From Escherichia phage vB_EcoM-RPN226: a stretch of DNA of 64,000 bases. The stretch's first letter is position 1. Each line of letters starts with the position of its first letter. Below the pieces are notes generated by a model that was not told the origin of the DNA, did no database searches, and saw only the letters and a list, made by a program, of their open reading frames with translations. Positions 40,241 through 49,213 of the stretch are shown piece by piece. Where the stretch lies: the sequence record OL770073.2, one strand, 5' to 3'. The translations under genes and the position numbers were made by a program.

Positions 40241-40312
40241 GGCCCTGTAGCTGGAAGGTTCAAGCAAGCGACTCATAATCGCCAGATGGTGGTTCAATTC
40301 CACCCAGGGCCA
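40241..40312 (+). tRNA. tRNA with CAT anticodon (Ile by T4 analogy, would be called Met by anticodon alone)
   Basis: acceptor GGCCCTG/CAGGGCC, anticodon loop CTCATAA, T-arm GGTTCAATTCC. Confidence 0.7.
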
Positions 40313-40319
40313 TATTTTG

Positions 40320-40360
40320 GGAACATAAATACTCTTAGAAATAGGAGATATTTATGTTCC
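40320..40360 (+). promoter_or_regulatory. 12-bp perfect hairpin sequestering segB start codon; SD in loop
   Basis: GGAACATAAATA (40320-40331) pairs with TATTTATGTTCC (40349-40360); ATG 40354-40356 in 3' arm; loop carries AGGAGA; 5' arm contains CATAAATA, a near-late-promoter. Confidence 0.6.
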
Positions 40361-41019
40361 ATTACACTTATAAAATAACAAATAAAATTAATAATAAAAT
40401 CTATATAGGCGCTCATTCTACCGAAAATTTAGATGATGGATATATGGGTTCTGGTAAATTATTAAAAAGAGCCCAAGACAAGTATGGTATAGAAAATTTC
40501 TCTAAAGAAATATTAGAGTTCTTTGACGATAAAACCTCTATGTTTGAGTCAGAAAAGAATATTGTGACTGAAGAGTTTTTAAAGCGCCCTGATGTTTATA
40601 ATTTGAAATTAGGTGGTGAAGGTGGTTGGGACCATTTAAACACTAAAGAATATTTGGATAAAAAGAAAGAAGCTTCCTTAAAAGGGGCTGCTGCTTTTAA
40701 AACCAGATTTGAGAACGACCCAGACCTTAAAGAAAAATATCGTAAAATGGGTTCAGAAAGGTTTAAACAGCTTTGGGATAATCCTAAGTATAGAGAGAAA
40801 TTTTTAAATACTAAATCTTTCTTGGGTAAGACCCATACTCCTGAAACTATTAATAAAATGAAAGAATCTCACGCCAAAAATAAACACCAACAAGGCGAAA
40901 AGAATTCCCAATTTGGTATGATGTGGATTCATTCATTAGATGAAAAAGTTTCTAAACGTATTAAGAAAACTGACCCAATTCCAGAAGGATGGTTTAAAGG
41001 TCGAAAAATGAAATTTTAA
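40354..41019 (+). CDS. segB: GIY-YIG homing endonuclease SegB-like, embedded in tRNA cluster
   Basis: 221 aa, GIY-YIG motifs YTYKITN...KIYIGAH; start codon sits in the 3' arm of a 12-bp perfect hairpin. Confidence 0.8.
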   Translation: MFHYTYKITNKINNKIYIGAHSTENLDDGYMGSGKLLKRAQDKYGIENFSKEILEFFDDKTSMFESEKNIVTEEFLKRPDVYNLKLGGEGGWDHLNTKEYLDKKKEASLKGAAAFKTRFENDPDLKEKYRKMGSERFKQLWDNPKYREKFLNTKSFLGKTHTPETINKMKESHAKNKHQQGEKNSQFGMMWIHSLDEKVSKRIKKTDPIPEGWFKGRKMKF

Positions 41020-41022
41020 TTA

Positions 41023-41099
<77 letters not shown>

Positions 41100-41415
41100 G
41101 ACAAGAAACCGGGTCGCTACCGGTAAGTCGTCGGACTGATGTTCCCTGAGTAAGGAATTGTGTTAATAAATCTTTATGATTTGTTGATGCCCTCTTACAT
41201 CACAGCAGAAACGGCGCTCAGAATTATCGATTCGAGGAAATATCTTTGCCGTAAGCCGAGTAGCGTTTTTGACGGAACGTTCGGATATGGTCGAGATATG
41301 GCCTTTTAAAAATATTGAGTAGCGTCAACTACTTAATAACCGGGTTCGAATCCCGGCGTTTCGTACAAACACTTGCCTTAGCAGGTGGAACCCCGACAAG
41401 GTTGCCGCAAGGCTT
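41100..41415 (+). ncRNA. small stable RNA region (T4 species 1/2, rnaC/rnaD-like, tRNA-like 3' element)
   Basis: about 320 nt non-coding between tRNA-Arg and a rho-independent terminator; contains tRNA-like T-arm CCGGGTTCGAATCCCGG; boundaries uncertain. Confidence 0.4.
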
Positions 41416-41443
41416 AGCCCCAGCCGAAAGGTTGGGGCTTTTT
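41416..41443 (+). terminator. rho-independent terminator after stable-RNA region
   Basis: AGCCCCAGCC-GAAA-GGTTGGGGCT hairpin plus TTTT. Confidence 0.7.
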
Positions 41444-41445
41444 AG

Positions 41446-41453
41446 TATAAATA
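41446..41453 (+). promoter_or_regulatory. late promoter (TATAAATA) for CTS-protein gene at 41493
   Basis: TATAAATA directly after terminator 41416-41443. Confidence 0.5.
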
Positions 41454-41492
41454 TAGTAGTGTATTAAATCACGAATTAAAACAGGAAATAAG

Positions 41493-41966
41493 ATGAAATC
41501 ATATGCTCAATTTTTAAATGAAGTGGCGTTAAATGAAGCATCCGCTTCAGATGTTCGCGCTGTAGCAACTGCTGCTATTAAAGCTGGTAAATATTCTTAT
41601 AAAGATGCTTCTGATGAATCCCGGTACAAGTTCTACGACGATATGAGAGCTGAAGGCTTTGTGGGTAACTATGTTACCACCGCCTGGAAAAGCCTGGTTG
41701 CTACTGGTGCGGCTTTCGAAAAACCTTCCGGTAAACCTGCTCCTAAAGCAGATCCTAAAGCTGCACAAGAAAAAAATATTGTTAAAGGAATTATCGCTAA
41801 ATATGAAGCTATCCTTAAAGAGCTTTTAGTAATCAAAACCGAAGGCCAAAAGTTAGCCCGTGCTTATAGTTTCAAAGACAACCCACATGCTCATGACCTA
41901 GAGTATGTTGAAGACATCCAAAAAATTATTAAAGACCGCATTTGGTCTGCTAAACAAATCAAATAA
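41493..41966 (+). CDS. capsid-targeted internal-protein-like protein
   Basis: 157 aa, N-terminal CTS MKSYAQFLNEVALNEA, flanked by two copies of the same terminator hairpin and preceded by TATAAATA. Confidence 0.55.
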   Translation: MKSYAQFLNEVALNEASASDVRAVATAAIKAGKYSYKDASDESRYKFYDDMRAEGFVGNYVTTAWKSLVATGAAFEKPSGKPAPKADPKAAQEKNIVKGIIAKYEAILKELLVIKTEGQKLARAYSFKDNPHAHDLEYVEDIQKIIKDRIWSAKQIK

Positions 41967-41972
41967 CATTTT

Positions 41973-42000
41973 AGCCCCGACCGAAAGGTTGGGGCTTTTT
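41973..42000 (+). terminator. rho-independent terminator after CTS-protein gene (near-duplicate of 41416 terminator)
   Basis: AGCCCCGACC-GAAA-GGTTGGGGCT hairpin plus TTTTT. Confidence 0.7.
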
Positions 42001-42121
42001 GATATCTAGGCCTTTCTGGACCTCTCTAGGCATCATTTAGTTTATACCCTTTATAATATATTATCCTATCCTTTAATTGCCCATCCCTGCCCTAGAATTC
42101 CCTAAAACTTTTTAAAAATTT

Positions 42122-42177
42122 TTTCACAAAACGGTTTACATCCCCGTTCTTCCATGGTACTATACAACTATCAACTA
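42122..42177 (+). repeat. dispersed early-promoter module repeat, copy 1 of 3
   Basis: TTTTCACAAAAC..GTTTACA..GGTACTATACAACTATCAACT also at 54913-54968 and 56375-56408. Confidence 0.6.
42134..42166 (+). promoter_or_regulatory. early promoter module
   Basis: TTTTCACAAAAC upstream element, GTTTAC at 42134-42139, GGTACTATACAACTATCAACT -10 region. Confidence 0.6.
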
Positions 42178-42207
42178 CTGATACAGAAAAACAACTTGGA
42201 GAATGAA

Positions 42208-42471
42208 ATGGATAATTACGGCGAACTGTTCAACTTCTTTATGAAATGCGTTTCAGAAGATTTCGGTCGTACAGTGAATGATATTAAAGTTATCGGTCCT
42301 GATCATCCGATGTTTGAAACTTACGCAGTAATGGGTAATGAAGATGGTCAGTGGTATACTGTAAAGGTTGTGATTAACATGTTCACTGCTGAAGGTTATG
42401 TTAAACTGTCTTCTAAAGTTTACCATGATAACGACGAAATCGCAGAAGAATATTTTAATAATATGAAATAA
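42208..42471 (+). CDS. hypothetical protein
   Basis: ATG at 42208 after GGAG, downstream of early promoter at 42134; longest ORF start 42154 lies inside the promoter. Confidence 0.45.
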   Translation: MDNYGELFNFFMKCVSEDFGRTVNDIKVIGPDHPMFETYAVMGNEDGQWYTVKVVINMFTAEGYVKLSSKVYHDNDEIAEEYFNNMK

Positions 42472-42526
42472 GTTTACATAGGCTCATGATTGAGATATTA
42501 TGAGCCTATAATTTGAGGAAACTGTT

Positions 42527-43057
42527 ATGTCTCTTTATACCGAACTGAATGAAACTTCCGAAAAATCTTTTGATGGTATCTTATCAATAATGCAAAAGCA
42601 GGTATTAGAACAGCTTAGTGAAGCCGCAAGCAACGGACATAAGGCTTGTCGAATCCCAAGCCCACATCGTCGCCTGTATGAACGCCCTCTTATTAATTGG
42701 CTAGAAAGCGAAGGTCTTACAGTTAAGATTTGTCCTGCCAAATTTGATGTCCCACGTATTCTTAATATTTACTGGGATAAACCGATTGAGAAACCGATTG
42801 AGAAAAGTGAACCTTGGGTTGTCAATGTAAAAACATATGATAATGGATGCTCACTTGAGGTGTCTGCTGTAATTAAAGGCACTCACGGTGAAAAATCGTG
42901 GGGTTGGCCTGGCAAAGATAAAGAAATCGTGTTAAGTGTAAAAGCTACTAGTATTAGTACTCCTATAGCTAAAAGCATTATCGCCGCCGCTGTTGAAGAA
43001 GCTGAACGAATTTGTAAAATTAAAAATAGTTTACATCTCTTAAATAGCATGATATAA
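42527..43057 (+). CDS. hypothetical protein
   Basis: 176-aa ORF with RBS gaggaa; internal KPIEKPIEK duplication. Confidence 0.45.
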   Translation: MSLYTELNETSEKSFDGILSIMQKQVLEQLSEAASNGHKACRIPSPHRRLYERPLINWLESEGLTVKICPAKFDVPRILNIYWDKPIEKPIEKSEPWVVNVKTYDNGCSLEVSAVIKGTHGEKSWGWPGKDKEIVLSVKATSISTPIAKSIIAAAVEEAERICKIKNSLHLLNSMI

Positions 43058-43100
43058 TTCTTCCACAGATTTTAATTTTTAATCAACCTAAGGAAATACT

Positions 43101-43694
43101 ATGAACACACTGAAGAAAATTGTTGAGTTTATTCGCACTAAACTTGGTTCTGCTATGGCTAAAAATCTATCTGTTGAAGAACAGTATACTGCTGCAGCAG
43201 CAAAACTTCTTGATAAAATTAAAGACCTAAAAACTGCTTCTGTTAAATCTATTAATGAAGAAAAACGTATTCGTGAACTTGTTATCGAAAAGAATCGACA
43301 AGCCGAATCAAAAGAGCGTGAAATTCGCAAACTTCTTTCCGAAGGTCAAGATGTAACAATGCATGCTAAGCTCGGTTTACTATATCGTCGAACAGCTGAG
43401 CAGTTGACTACTAAAGCTGATGGTTATGCTGAAATGCGAATTGAAATCGCCAAGAAAGTAGTTGAGTTAGATGATGCTCGTCAAGAACTTGCAGTTAAAT
43501 TGGAATATATCCGTGAAACTCGTGCGGCAAATGCCCTTGGAATTAGTACTGCCGATGATGTAGTTGAAATTGCAGCACTGACTAAGGTTGATATTGAAGA
43601 TACCCTTGCTCGAGTTGAAACCTTTAATGGTAATATTTCCGGGGTTGAAACTACCTCTGCCGATGTTCAGGAATACATTAATTCTCTGAAATAA
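43101..43694 (+). CDS. coiled-coil protein (possible PspA/IM30-like)
   Basis: 197 aa almost entirely heptad-like helical sequence; RBS aaggaaa; followed by hairpin terminator. Confidence 0.4.
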   Translation: MNTLKKIVEFIRTKLGSAMAKNLSVEEQYTAAAAKLLDKIKDLKTASVKSINEEKRIRELVIEKNRQAESKEREIRKLLSEGQDVTMHAKLGLLYRRTAEQLTTKADGYAEMRIEIAKKVVELDDARQELAVKLEYIRETRAANALGISTADDVVEIAALTKVDIEDTLARVETFNGNISGVETTSADVQEYINSLK

Positions 43695-43700
43695 TGATAA

Positions 43701-43714
43701 GGGGCTTCGGCCCC
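43701..43714 (+). terminator. hairpin after coiled-coil protein gene
   Basis: GGGGC-TTCG-GCCCC; same 14-nt hairpin as downstream of gene 18; weak U-run. Confidence 0.45.
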
Positions 43715-43735
43715 TATTACTTGGAGTAAATAGGA

Positions 43736-44344
43736 ATGAAAATGCAAAGTGATTTCAATTCAATGTTTGAAGAGTTCCAAAGACATGTTGATGTTCCAGA
43801 CCAATTACTAAATGCTCTTAAACGTATGGCAAAAGGACGTAATTACTATTGGGGGTCTTCATATGAAACTGATGAAAGTCTTTCTGGAAGATTTTCTAGA
43901 GGTAAAAAGTCTTTAATACGTCCTGGAATACTTATTAACAGTATTGAATCAATTCATTCATTGACGTGTGATTTTGATGTTGAATTTACTGATTTCATTT
44001 CTCCTGAATGGACAGTTTGTTATTTAAACGACGATTTTGATTATCTCGGTGTTTATAGTTTAAGTGACGCATGGTTTAAACGTAACTTACAAAAGTCAAA
44101 TTTATTCTATATTGATACTACAGTAAAATTTCAGGGAAAGAAATATTTCTTTACTCTTATAGTTGATTCTGAAACGAAGCATGAAAATAAACGTATTCTT
44201 AGTAAAAGGAATATCTTGAATATTGTTGATGATCTTTTTGATAAATTCGTGGAAAATCCTAATTTTGAAAGCGATTTATTATTAGAAAAATTTGTTAAGG
44301 AATGTAGAGAATATGTCAAAGCCATCACTATACCTTCCAAGTAA
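43736..44344 (+). CDS. hypothetical protein
   Basis: 202-aa ORF with RBS ggagtaaatagga. Confidence 0.45.
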   Translation: MKMQSDFNSMFEEFQRHVDVPDQLLNALKRMAKGRNYYWGSSYETDESLSGRFSRGKKSLIRPGILINSIESIHSLTCDFDVEFTDFISPEWTVCYLNDDFDYLGVYSLSDAWFKRNLQKSNLFYIDTTVKFQGKKYFFTLIVDSETKHENKRILSKRNILNIVDDLFDKFVENPNFESDLLLEKFVKECREYVKAITIPSK

Positions 44345-44705
44345 ACCTGTGAAGTATGAATTAAAGCGCCAGCTAATTCCTACCGATGTATTAATGGGTC
44401 CTGTGGTAGCTGTATCATTTGTAATTCTATTGATTGCTGGAATGGTTATAGACGTTATGACAGATATTGAATCTGACGTAATATTTGGAGCAACGTTAAT
44501 TCTTCCATTAGCAGTTCCATTTTTATTGGTACCTGTAAATTGGGTAGGATATTGGTATCAAGGAAGGCATTATCGTAAACGTGTACGTGAATGGAAAGCT
44601 CAGTGTAAAAAGATTAAAAAGGAACACCAGCTTAAACTAAATATGTATGAATTTAATGAAATTATGAAATTTGTTAAGGAATCACGATGCAAAAGCCAAA
44701 ACTAA
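44313..44705 (+). CDS. small membrane protein
   Basis: two predicted TM helices; start chosen at MSKPSLY, uncertain. Confidence 0.4.
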   Translation: MSKPSLYLPSKPVKYELKRQLIPTDVLMGPVVAVSFVILLIAGMVIDVMTDIESDVIFGATLILPLAVPFLLVPVNWVGYWYQGRHYRKRVREWKAQCKKIKKEHQLKLNMYEFNEIMKFVKESRCKSQN

Positions 44706-45049
44706 ATAAAGTCAAATATTCTTTTTCTGAGTCATTTTTAATTTTTGCTGTGGCGTTGGCTGCAGCTCTTGCGGGTAGTCTTTTTGGATTGTTAATTGAC
44801 TGTCTTATTTTAAACATCGACGGCACAGTAAATATAACAGAAGTTTGGAGTGAACTTCGTTTTACTATAGCGATTTCATTATTTTCATTCTTTGGCACCA
44901 TGCTATTTTTTCATTATGATAATTTTAAAATAAATTGGCAAAGAAAAAAGGATTACAAAATACAATTAAAAGAATATAATAGCTACATGTCTTATATTGA
45001 AAATGAATCAATGAAAGAGTTTGTGATTGATTGCAGGAAATTAAAATGA
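44687..45049 (+). CDS. small membrane protein
   Basis: 120 aa with hydrophobic helices, overlaps neighbours. Confidence 0.4.
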   Translation: MQKPKLNKVKYSFSESFLIFAVALAAALAGSLFGLLIDCLILNIDGTVNITEVWSELRFTIAISLFSFFGTMLFFHYDNFKINWQRKKDYKIQLKEYNSYMSYIENESMKEFVIDCRKLK

Positions 45050-45486
45050 AAACATTATCAGCTGGTATTATCTTTATGACAGAAGATAAAGATTTATTTA
45101 TGGGTCGGGTTACTGGTTCTCGTAAGCCTGGAATGATGGCACATCGCTGGGATATTCCAAAGGGCCATGTAGAAAATTCTGATTTAAGCGCATTAGATGC
45201 AGCACGAAGAGAATGTTTAGAAGAGACTGGTTTTAACAATTATAATCCAGGCCTTCTAGAAGACCTAGGTGTATTTAAATATTCTAGTAATAAAGACTTA
45301 CAGTTATTTTATTATACGATTCCAGTAGAGCATGAGATGTTTAGAAATTGCCATTGCGAGTCTTATTTTGAAAATAAAGATGGTGTTATGATTCCAGAGA
45401 TGGATGCTTTTGCTCTTATTCCTCGTACCCAGTGGCAATATGTGATGGGTCCTTCACTTTATCGAATAATGAACAGCCTCTTTTAA
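45031..45486 (+). CDS. nudE: Nudix hydrolase NudE
   Basis: 151 aa with Nudix box GHVENSDLSALDAARRECLEETGF; directly upstream of e. Confidence 0.85.
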   Translation: MQEIKMKTLSAGIIFMTEDKDLFMGRVTGSRKPGMMAHRWDIPKGHVENSDLSALDAARRECLEETGFNNYNPGLLEDLGVFKYSSNKDLQLFYYTIPVEHEMFRNCHCESYFENKDGVMIPEMDAFALIPRTQWQYVMGPSLYRIMNSLF

Positions 45487-46289
<803 letters not shown>

Positions 46290-46290
46290 T

Positions 46291-46320
46291 GTTTACTTCC
46301 TCCAAGGACTTTGATACTAT
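46291..46320 (+). promoter_or_regulatory. early promoter upstream of denV remnant
   Basis: GTTTAC at 46291-46296 and GATACTAT at 46313-46320. Confidence 0.55.
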
Positions 46321-46347
46321 ACATTCATCAACTACTTGGAGGAAATT

Positions 46348-46422
46348 ATGACTCGTATCAATTTAACAACTTCAGAATTATTTCTGGTGGTAAGGCTTAA
46401 ACAGTTTACGCTTAAGTATTAA
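46348..46422 (+). pseudogene. denV: denV (endonuclease V) remnant: first codons only
   Basis: early promoter plus RBS GGAGG plus ATG encoding MTRINLT (T4 DenV N-terminus), then divergence and a stop after 24 codons. Confidence 0.5.
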
Positions 46423-46433
46423 TATGATATAAT
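46403..46433 (+). promoter_or_regulatory. candidate early promoter for IPIII-like gene
   Basis: GTTTAC at 46403-46408 and TATAAT at 46428-46433 (19-nt spacer, weaker). Confidence 0.4.
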
Positions 46434-46463
46434 TACTCTATCAAAACAAACAAGGAAACAAAA

Positions 46464-47060
46464 ATGAAAACGTATCAAGAATTTATCGCCGAAGCTTCTG
46501 TAGGAAAGGTCCAAGGCATTAATAAAGATGAGTGGACTTACCGAGGAAACGGCTTTGACAACCCAGGAAACGGCTTTGACCCTAAAACAGCCCCTATTGA
46601 ACGGTATTTAGCTACAAAGGCTTCCGACTTTAAAGCTTTCGCCTGGAAAGGACTTCGCTGGCGTACCGACCTAAATATTGAAGTTGACGGACTTAAATTT
46701 GCTCATATTGAAGATGTTGTTGCTAGTAACTTGGACGCAGCTTTTGTTAAAGCTGACTTTGACCTTCGTCGCTGGAATTTAAAACTGTTCTCTAAACAGA
46801 AAGGTCCTGTGTTTGTGCCTAAAGCTGGTAAATGGGTTATTGATAATAAATTAGCTAAGGCTGTCAACTACGCTGGTCTTGAATTCGCCAAGCACAAATC
46901 ATCATGGAAAGGTCTTGATGCAATGGCTTTCCGTAAAGAATTTGCCGATGTTATGGCTAAAGGCGGCTTTAAGGCAGAAATAGACACCTCTAAAGGTATG
47001 TTTAAGGACGCTAATGTTCAGTACGCTTATGCCGTTGCTAATGCAGCCCGTGGTAATTAA
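46464..47060 (+). CDS. ipIII: internal protein (IPIII-like, capsid-targeted)
   Basis: 198 aa, CTS MKTYQEFIAEA. Confidence 0.65.
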   Translation: MKTYQEFIAEASVGKVQGINKDEWTYRGNGFDNPGNGFDPKTAPIERYLATKASDFKAFAWKGLRWRTDLNIEVDGLKFAHIEDVVASNLDAAFVKADFDLRRWNLKLFSKQKGPVFVPKAGKWVIDNKLAKAVNYAGLEFAKHKSSWKGLDAMAFRKEFADVMAKGGFKAEIDTSKGMFKDANVQYAYAVANAARGN

Positions 47061-47237
47061 TAAGGCCTATACTTAGGCCTATTTACATTCAAATAACATG
47101 GGAACAACCTGGACCTCATGATTCTATGAGGGATTCCCGCCAACCTGTAATAAGGTCGAGCCCAAGTGCGGTAATGGGTAAATACAGAAATGGACAATTC
47201 ACGCGCCATGGAATGGCCCAAATTTAGAGAGAATAAA

Positions 47238-47777
47238 ATGAGAACATTTTTAACTGGTCCTTATCTATCCCTGATGAATGCTTTTACACACCATTCTGAT
47301 GCTAGAGTAGAAGAAATTTGTAAGAACGGTTATGCCCCACCATTTGAAGACGTACTCAAGCAGTACTGTACACTTCGTTTAGACGGCGGCAGACAATCAG
47401 GTAAATCGACTGCAGTAACTAATTTTGCTGTTAATTGGCTGCACGACGGTGGAACAGTTATTGTTCTTTCTAATACTTCAGCTTATGCTAAAATTTCTGC
47501 TGGCAACATTAAAAAAGAATTTTCTCGTTATTCTAGCGATGATATTAGATTCCGTTTATTTACTGATTCTGTCCGTAGTTTTATTGGCAATGAAGGTTCT
47601 AAATTCCGCGGATTAACGCTTTCTCGTATTCTGTATATAATTGACGAGCCTATTAAAGCTCCTGATATGGATAAGATTTACAATGTCCATATTAAAGCAA
47701 TACAGCACTGCTGCAAAAGCAAATATTGCATCGGCGGTATTGCTCGTCCTCAATTTTTTGTGATTGGAATGCAATGA
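47238..47777 (+). CDS. small P-loop NTPase-like protein
   Basis: Walker A-like GGRQSGKST and Walker B-like ILYIIDEP; start at ATG 47238 after AGAGAGA. Confidence 0.45.
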   Translation: MRTFLTGPYLSLMNAFTHHSDARVEEICKNGYAPPFEDVLKQYCTLRLDGGRQSGKSTAVTNFAVNWLHDGGTVIVLSNTSAYAKISAGNIKKEFSRYSSDDIRFRLFTDSVRSFIGNEGSKFRGLTLSRILYIIDEPIKAPDMDKIYNVHIKAIQHCCKSKYCIGGIARPQFFVIGMQ

Positions 47778-48082
47778 TGACCACTATTGAAGTTTTTGAG
47801 TATTGTTATAACAGCCCAGTATGCAATAAAAGGGCTGTTGTAGAAAATTACGAGATTTACCATTTTAAACCTAAACGATATCGTTTGACTAAAGGTCCGT
47901 TTGCAGGGCAGCAGGTTCTTTGTACTGCTCCTAATGCAAGATTAATGAATAAAATTCCATATTTTACCATGGAATTTATTGATGGGCCTTTTAAAGGACT
48001 AATCACACAGAGTTTAATGGCATATGATTCTGAGCCATTTTTAATTAAAGAGCAATCTTGGATAAATTTATTTTCTAATTGA
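47774..48082 (+). CDS. hypothetical protein
   Basis: ATGATGA overlap with previous gene; Cys-rich N-terminus. Confidence 0.4.
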   Translation: MMTTIEVFEYCYNSPVCNKRAVVENYEIYHFKPKRYRLTKGPFAGQQVLCTAPNARLMNKIPYFTMEFIDGPFKGLITQSLMAYDSEPFLIKEQSWINLFSN

Positions 48083-48090
48083 GAGGTTAT

Positions 48091-48453
48091 ATGAAAGCAT
48101 ATCAAATTCTTGAAGGCACGCATAAAGGTACTATTTATTTTGAAGACGGTATTCAAGCACGAATTATTGTCTCTAAAACCTTTAAAGAGGACTCTTTTGT
48201 AGACCCAGAAATTTTCTATGGTTTGCATGCCCGTGAAATTGAAATTGAGCAACAGCCTACAGTTAAAATTGAAGGTGGTCAACACCTGAACGTTAACGTT
48301 CTGCGCCGTGAAACTCTGGAAGATGCAGTTAAGCATCCAGAAAAATATCCGCAGCTGACCATCCGTGTATCCGGTTATGCAGTTCGCTTTAACTCTCTGA
48401 CTCCGGAACAGCAGCGCGACGTTATCGCTCGTACCTTTACCGAGAGTTTGTAA
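48091..48453 (+). CDS. autonomous glycyl radical cofactor GrcA/YfiD-like protein (T4 Y06I-like)
   Basis: C-terminal 60 aa including glycyl-radical motif RVSGYAV matches E. coli GrcA as I remember it; start ATG 48091 after GAGAGG. Confidence 0.85.
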   Translation: MKAYQILEGTHKGTIYFEDGIQARIIVSKTFKEDSFVDPEIFYGLHAREIEIEQQPTVKIEGGQHLNVNVLRRETLEDAVKHPEKYPQLTIRVSGYAVRFNSLTPEQQRDVIARTFTESL

Positions 48454-48674
48454 TGGCAAAGATAATTATTGAAGGTTCTGAAGATGTGCTAAATGCTTTC
48501 GCCGAGTGGTTTAGTAATTCAGGCGAACAGCAATTTAATGAAGCGTGGAACATGGGTGATATTAGTGGAATTTATCCTACGACAGAAATTTCTGTTCAGG
48601 GATATGGCATTCATGAACCTATTCATTTAGTTGAATATGATTTGGGTACTGGTGAGGAAGTAAAATATGATTGA
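48453..48674 (+). CDS. hypothetical protein
   Basis: 73 aa, TAATG coupling to upstream gene. Confidence 0.4.
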   Translation: MAKIIIEGSEDVLNAFAEWFSNSGEQQFNEAWNMGDISGIYPTTEISVQGYGIHEPIHLVEYDLGTGEEVKYD

Positions 48675-48933
48675 AGATATTAAGGGTTATAAGCCACATA
48701 CTGAAGAGAAAATCGGTAAAGTGAATGCTATCAAAGATGCTGAAGTTCGTTTAGGACTTATTTTTGATGCTTTATATGACGAATTCTGGGAAGTGCTAAA
48801 TAATTGCGAAGACTATGAATTCGCGAAGAATTATGCTGAAAGCATCGATCAGTTAACTATTGCTAAAACGAAGCTCAAAGAAGCCAGTATGTGGGCTTGT
48901 CGCGCAGTGTTTCAACCAGAGGAAAAATATTAA
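48667..48933 (+). CDS. hypothetical protein; positional candidate for vs.4 (Acb2-like cyclic-oligonucleotide sponge)
   Basis: 88-aa acidic helical protein; fifth small ORF between the IP locus and regB, the position vs.4 holds in T4; assignment positional only. Confidence 0.4.
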   Translation: MIEDIKGYKPHTEEKIGKVNAIKDAEVRLGLIFDALYDEFWEVLNNCEDYEFAKNYAESIDQLTIAKTKLKEASMWACRAVFQPEEKY

Positions 48934-49211
48934 TGGCTCAATTAAGCGCAGGGTTTGGTTATGAGTATTATACTGCCCCTCGTCGTGTATCTGTTGCTCC
49001 TAAGAAAATTCAAAGTCTTGATGACTTCCAGGAAGTAGTCCGTAAAGCTTTCCAGGACTATGCACGTTATCTTAAAGAAGATTCGCAGGACTGTCTCGAA
49101 GAAGATGAAATTGCTTACTATGAGCAGCGTCTTGAACAGCTTAAAAACCTACATGAGGTTCGTGCAGAAGTTACAAAGTCTATGAATAAATTGATTAGAT
49201 TTAAAGAATAA
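48933..49211 (+). CDS. hypothetical protein
   Basis: start MAQLSAGF overlapping previous stop (TAATG). Confidence 0.4.
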   Translation: MAQLSAGFGYEYYTAPRRVSVAPKKIQSLDDFQEVVRKAFQDYARYLKEDSQDCLEEDEIAYYEQRLEQLKNLHEVRAEVTKSMNKLIRFKE

Positions 49212-49213
49212 CT

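Noticed and set aside
42481-42506. Inverted repeat GGCTCAT..ATGAGCC as a terminator
   Set aside because: No U-run and it lies between a GTTTAC box and the RBS of the next gene; more likely part of a promoter/leader structure, not annotated as a feature
42779-42802. Tandem 12-bp duplication AAACCGATTGAG x2 (KPIEKPIE)
   Set aside because: Only two units, inside a coding region and in frame; a simple slippage duplication rather than a repeat element
46348-46422. Intact denV gene
   Set aside because: Only the first 7 codons resemble DenV; the frame terminates after 24 codons
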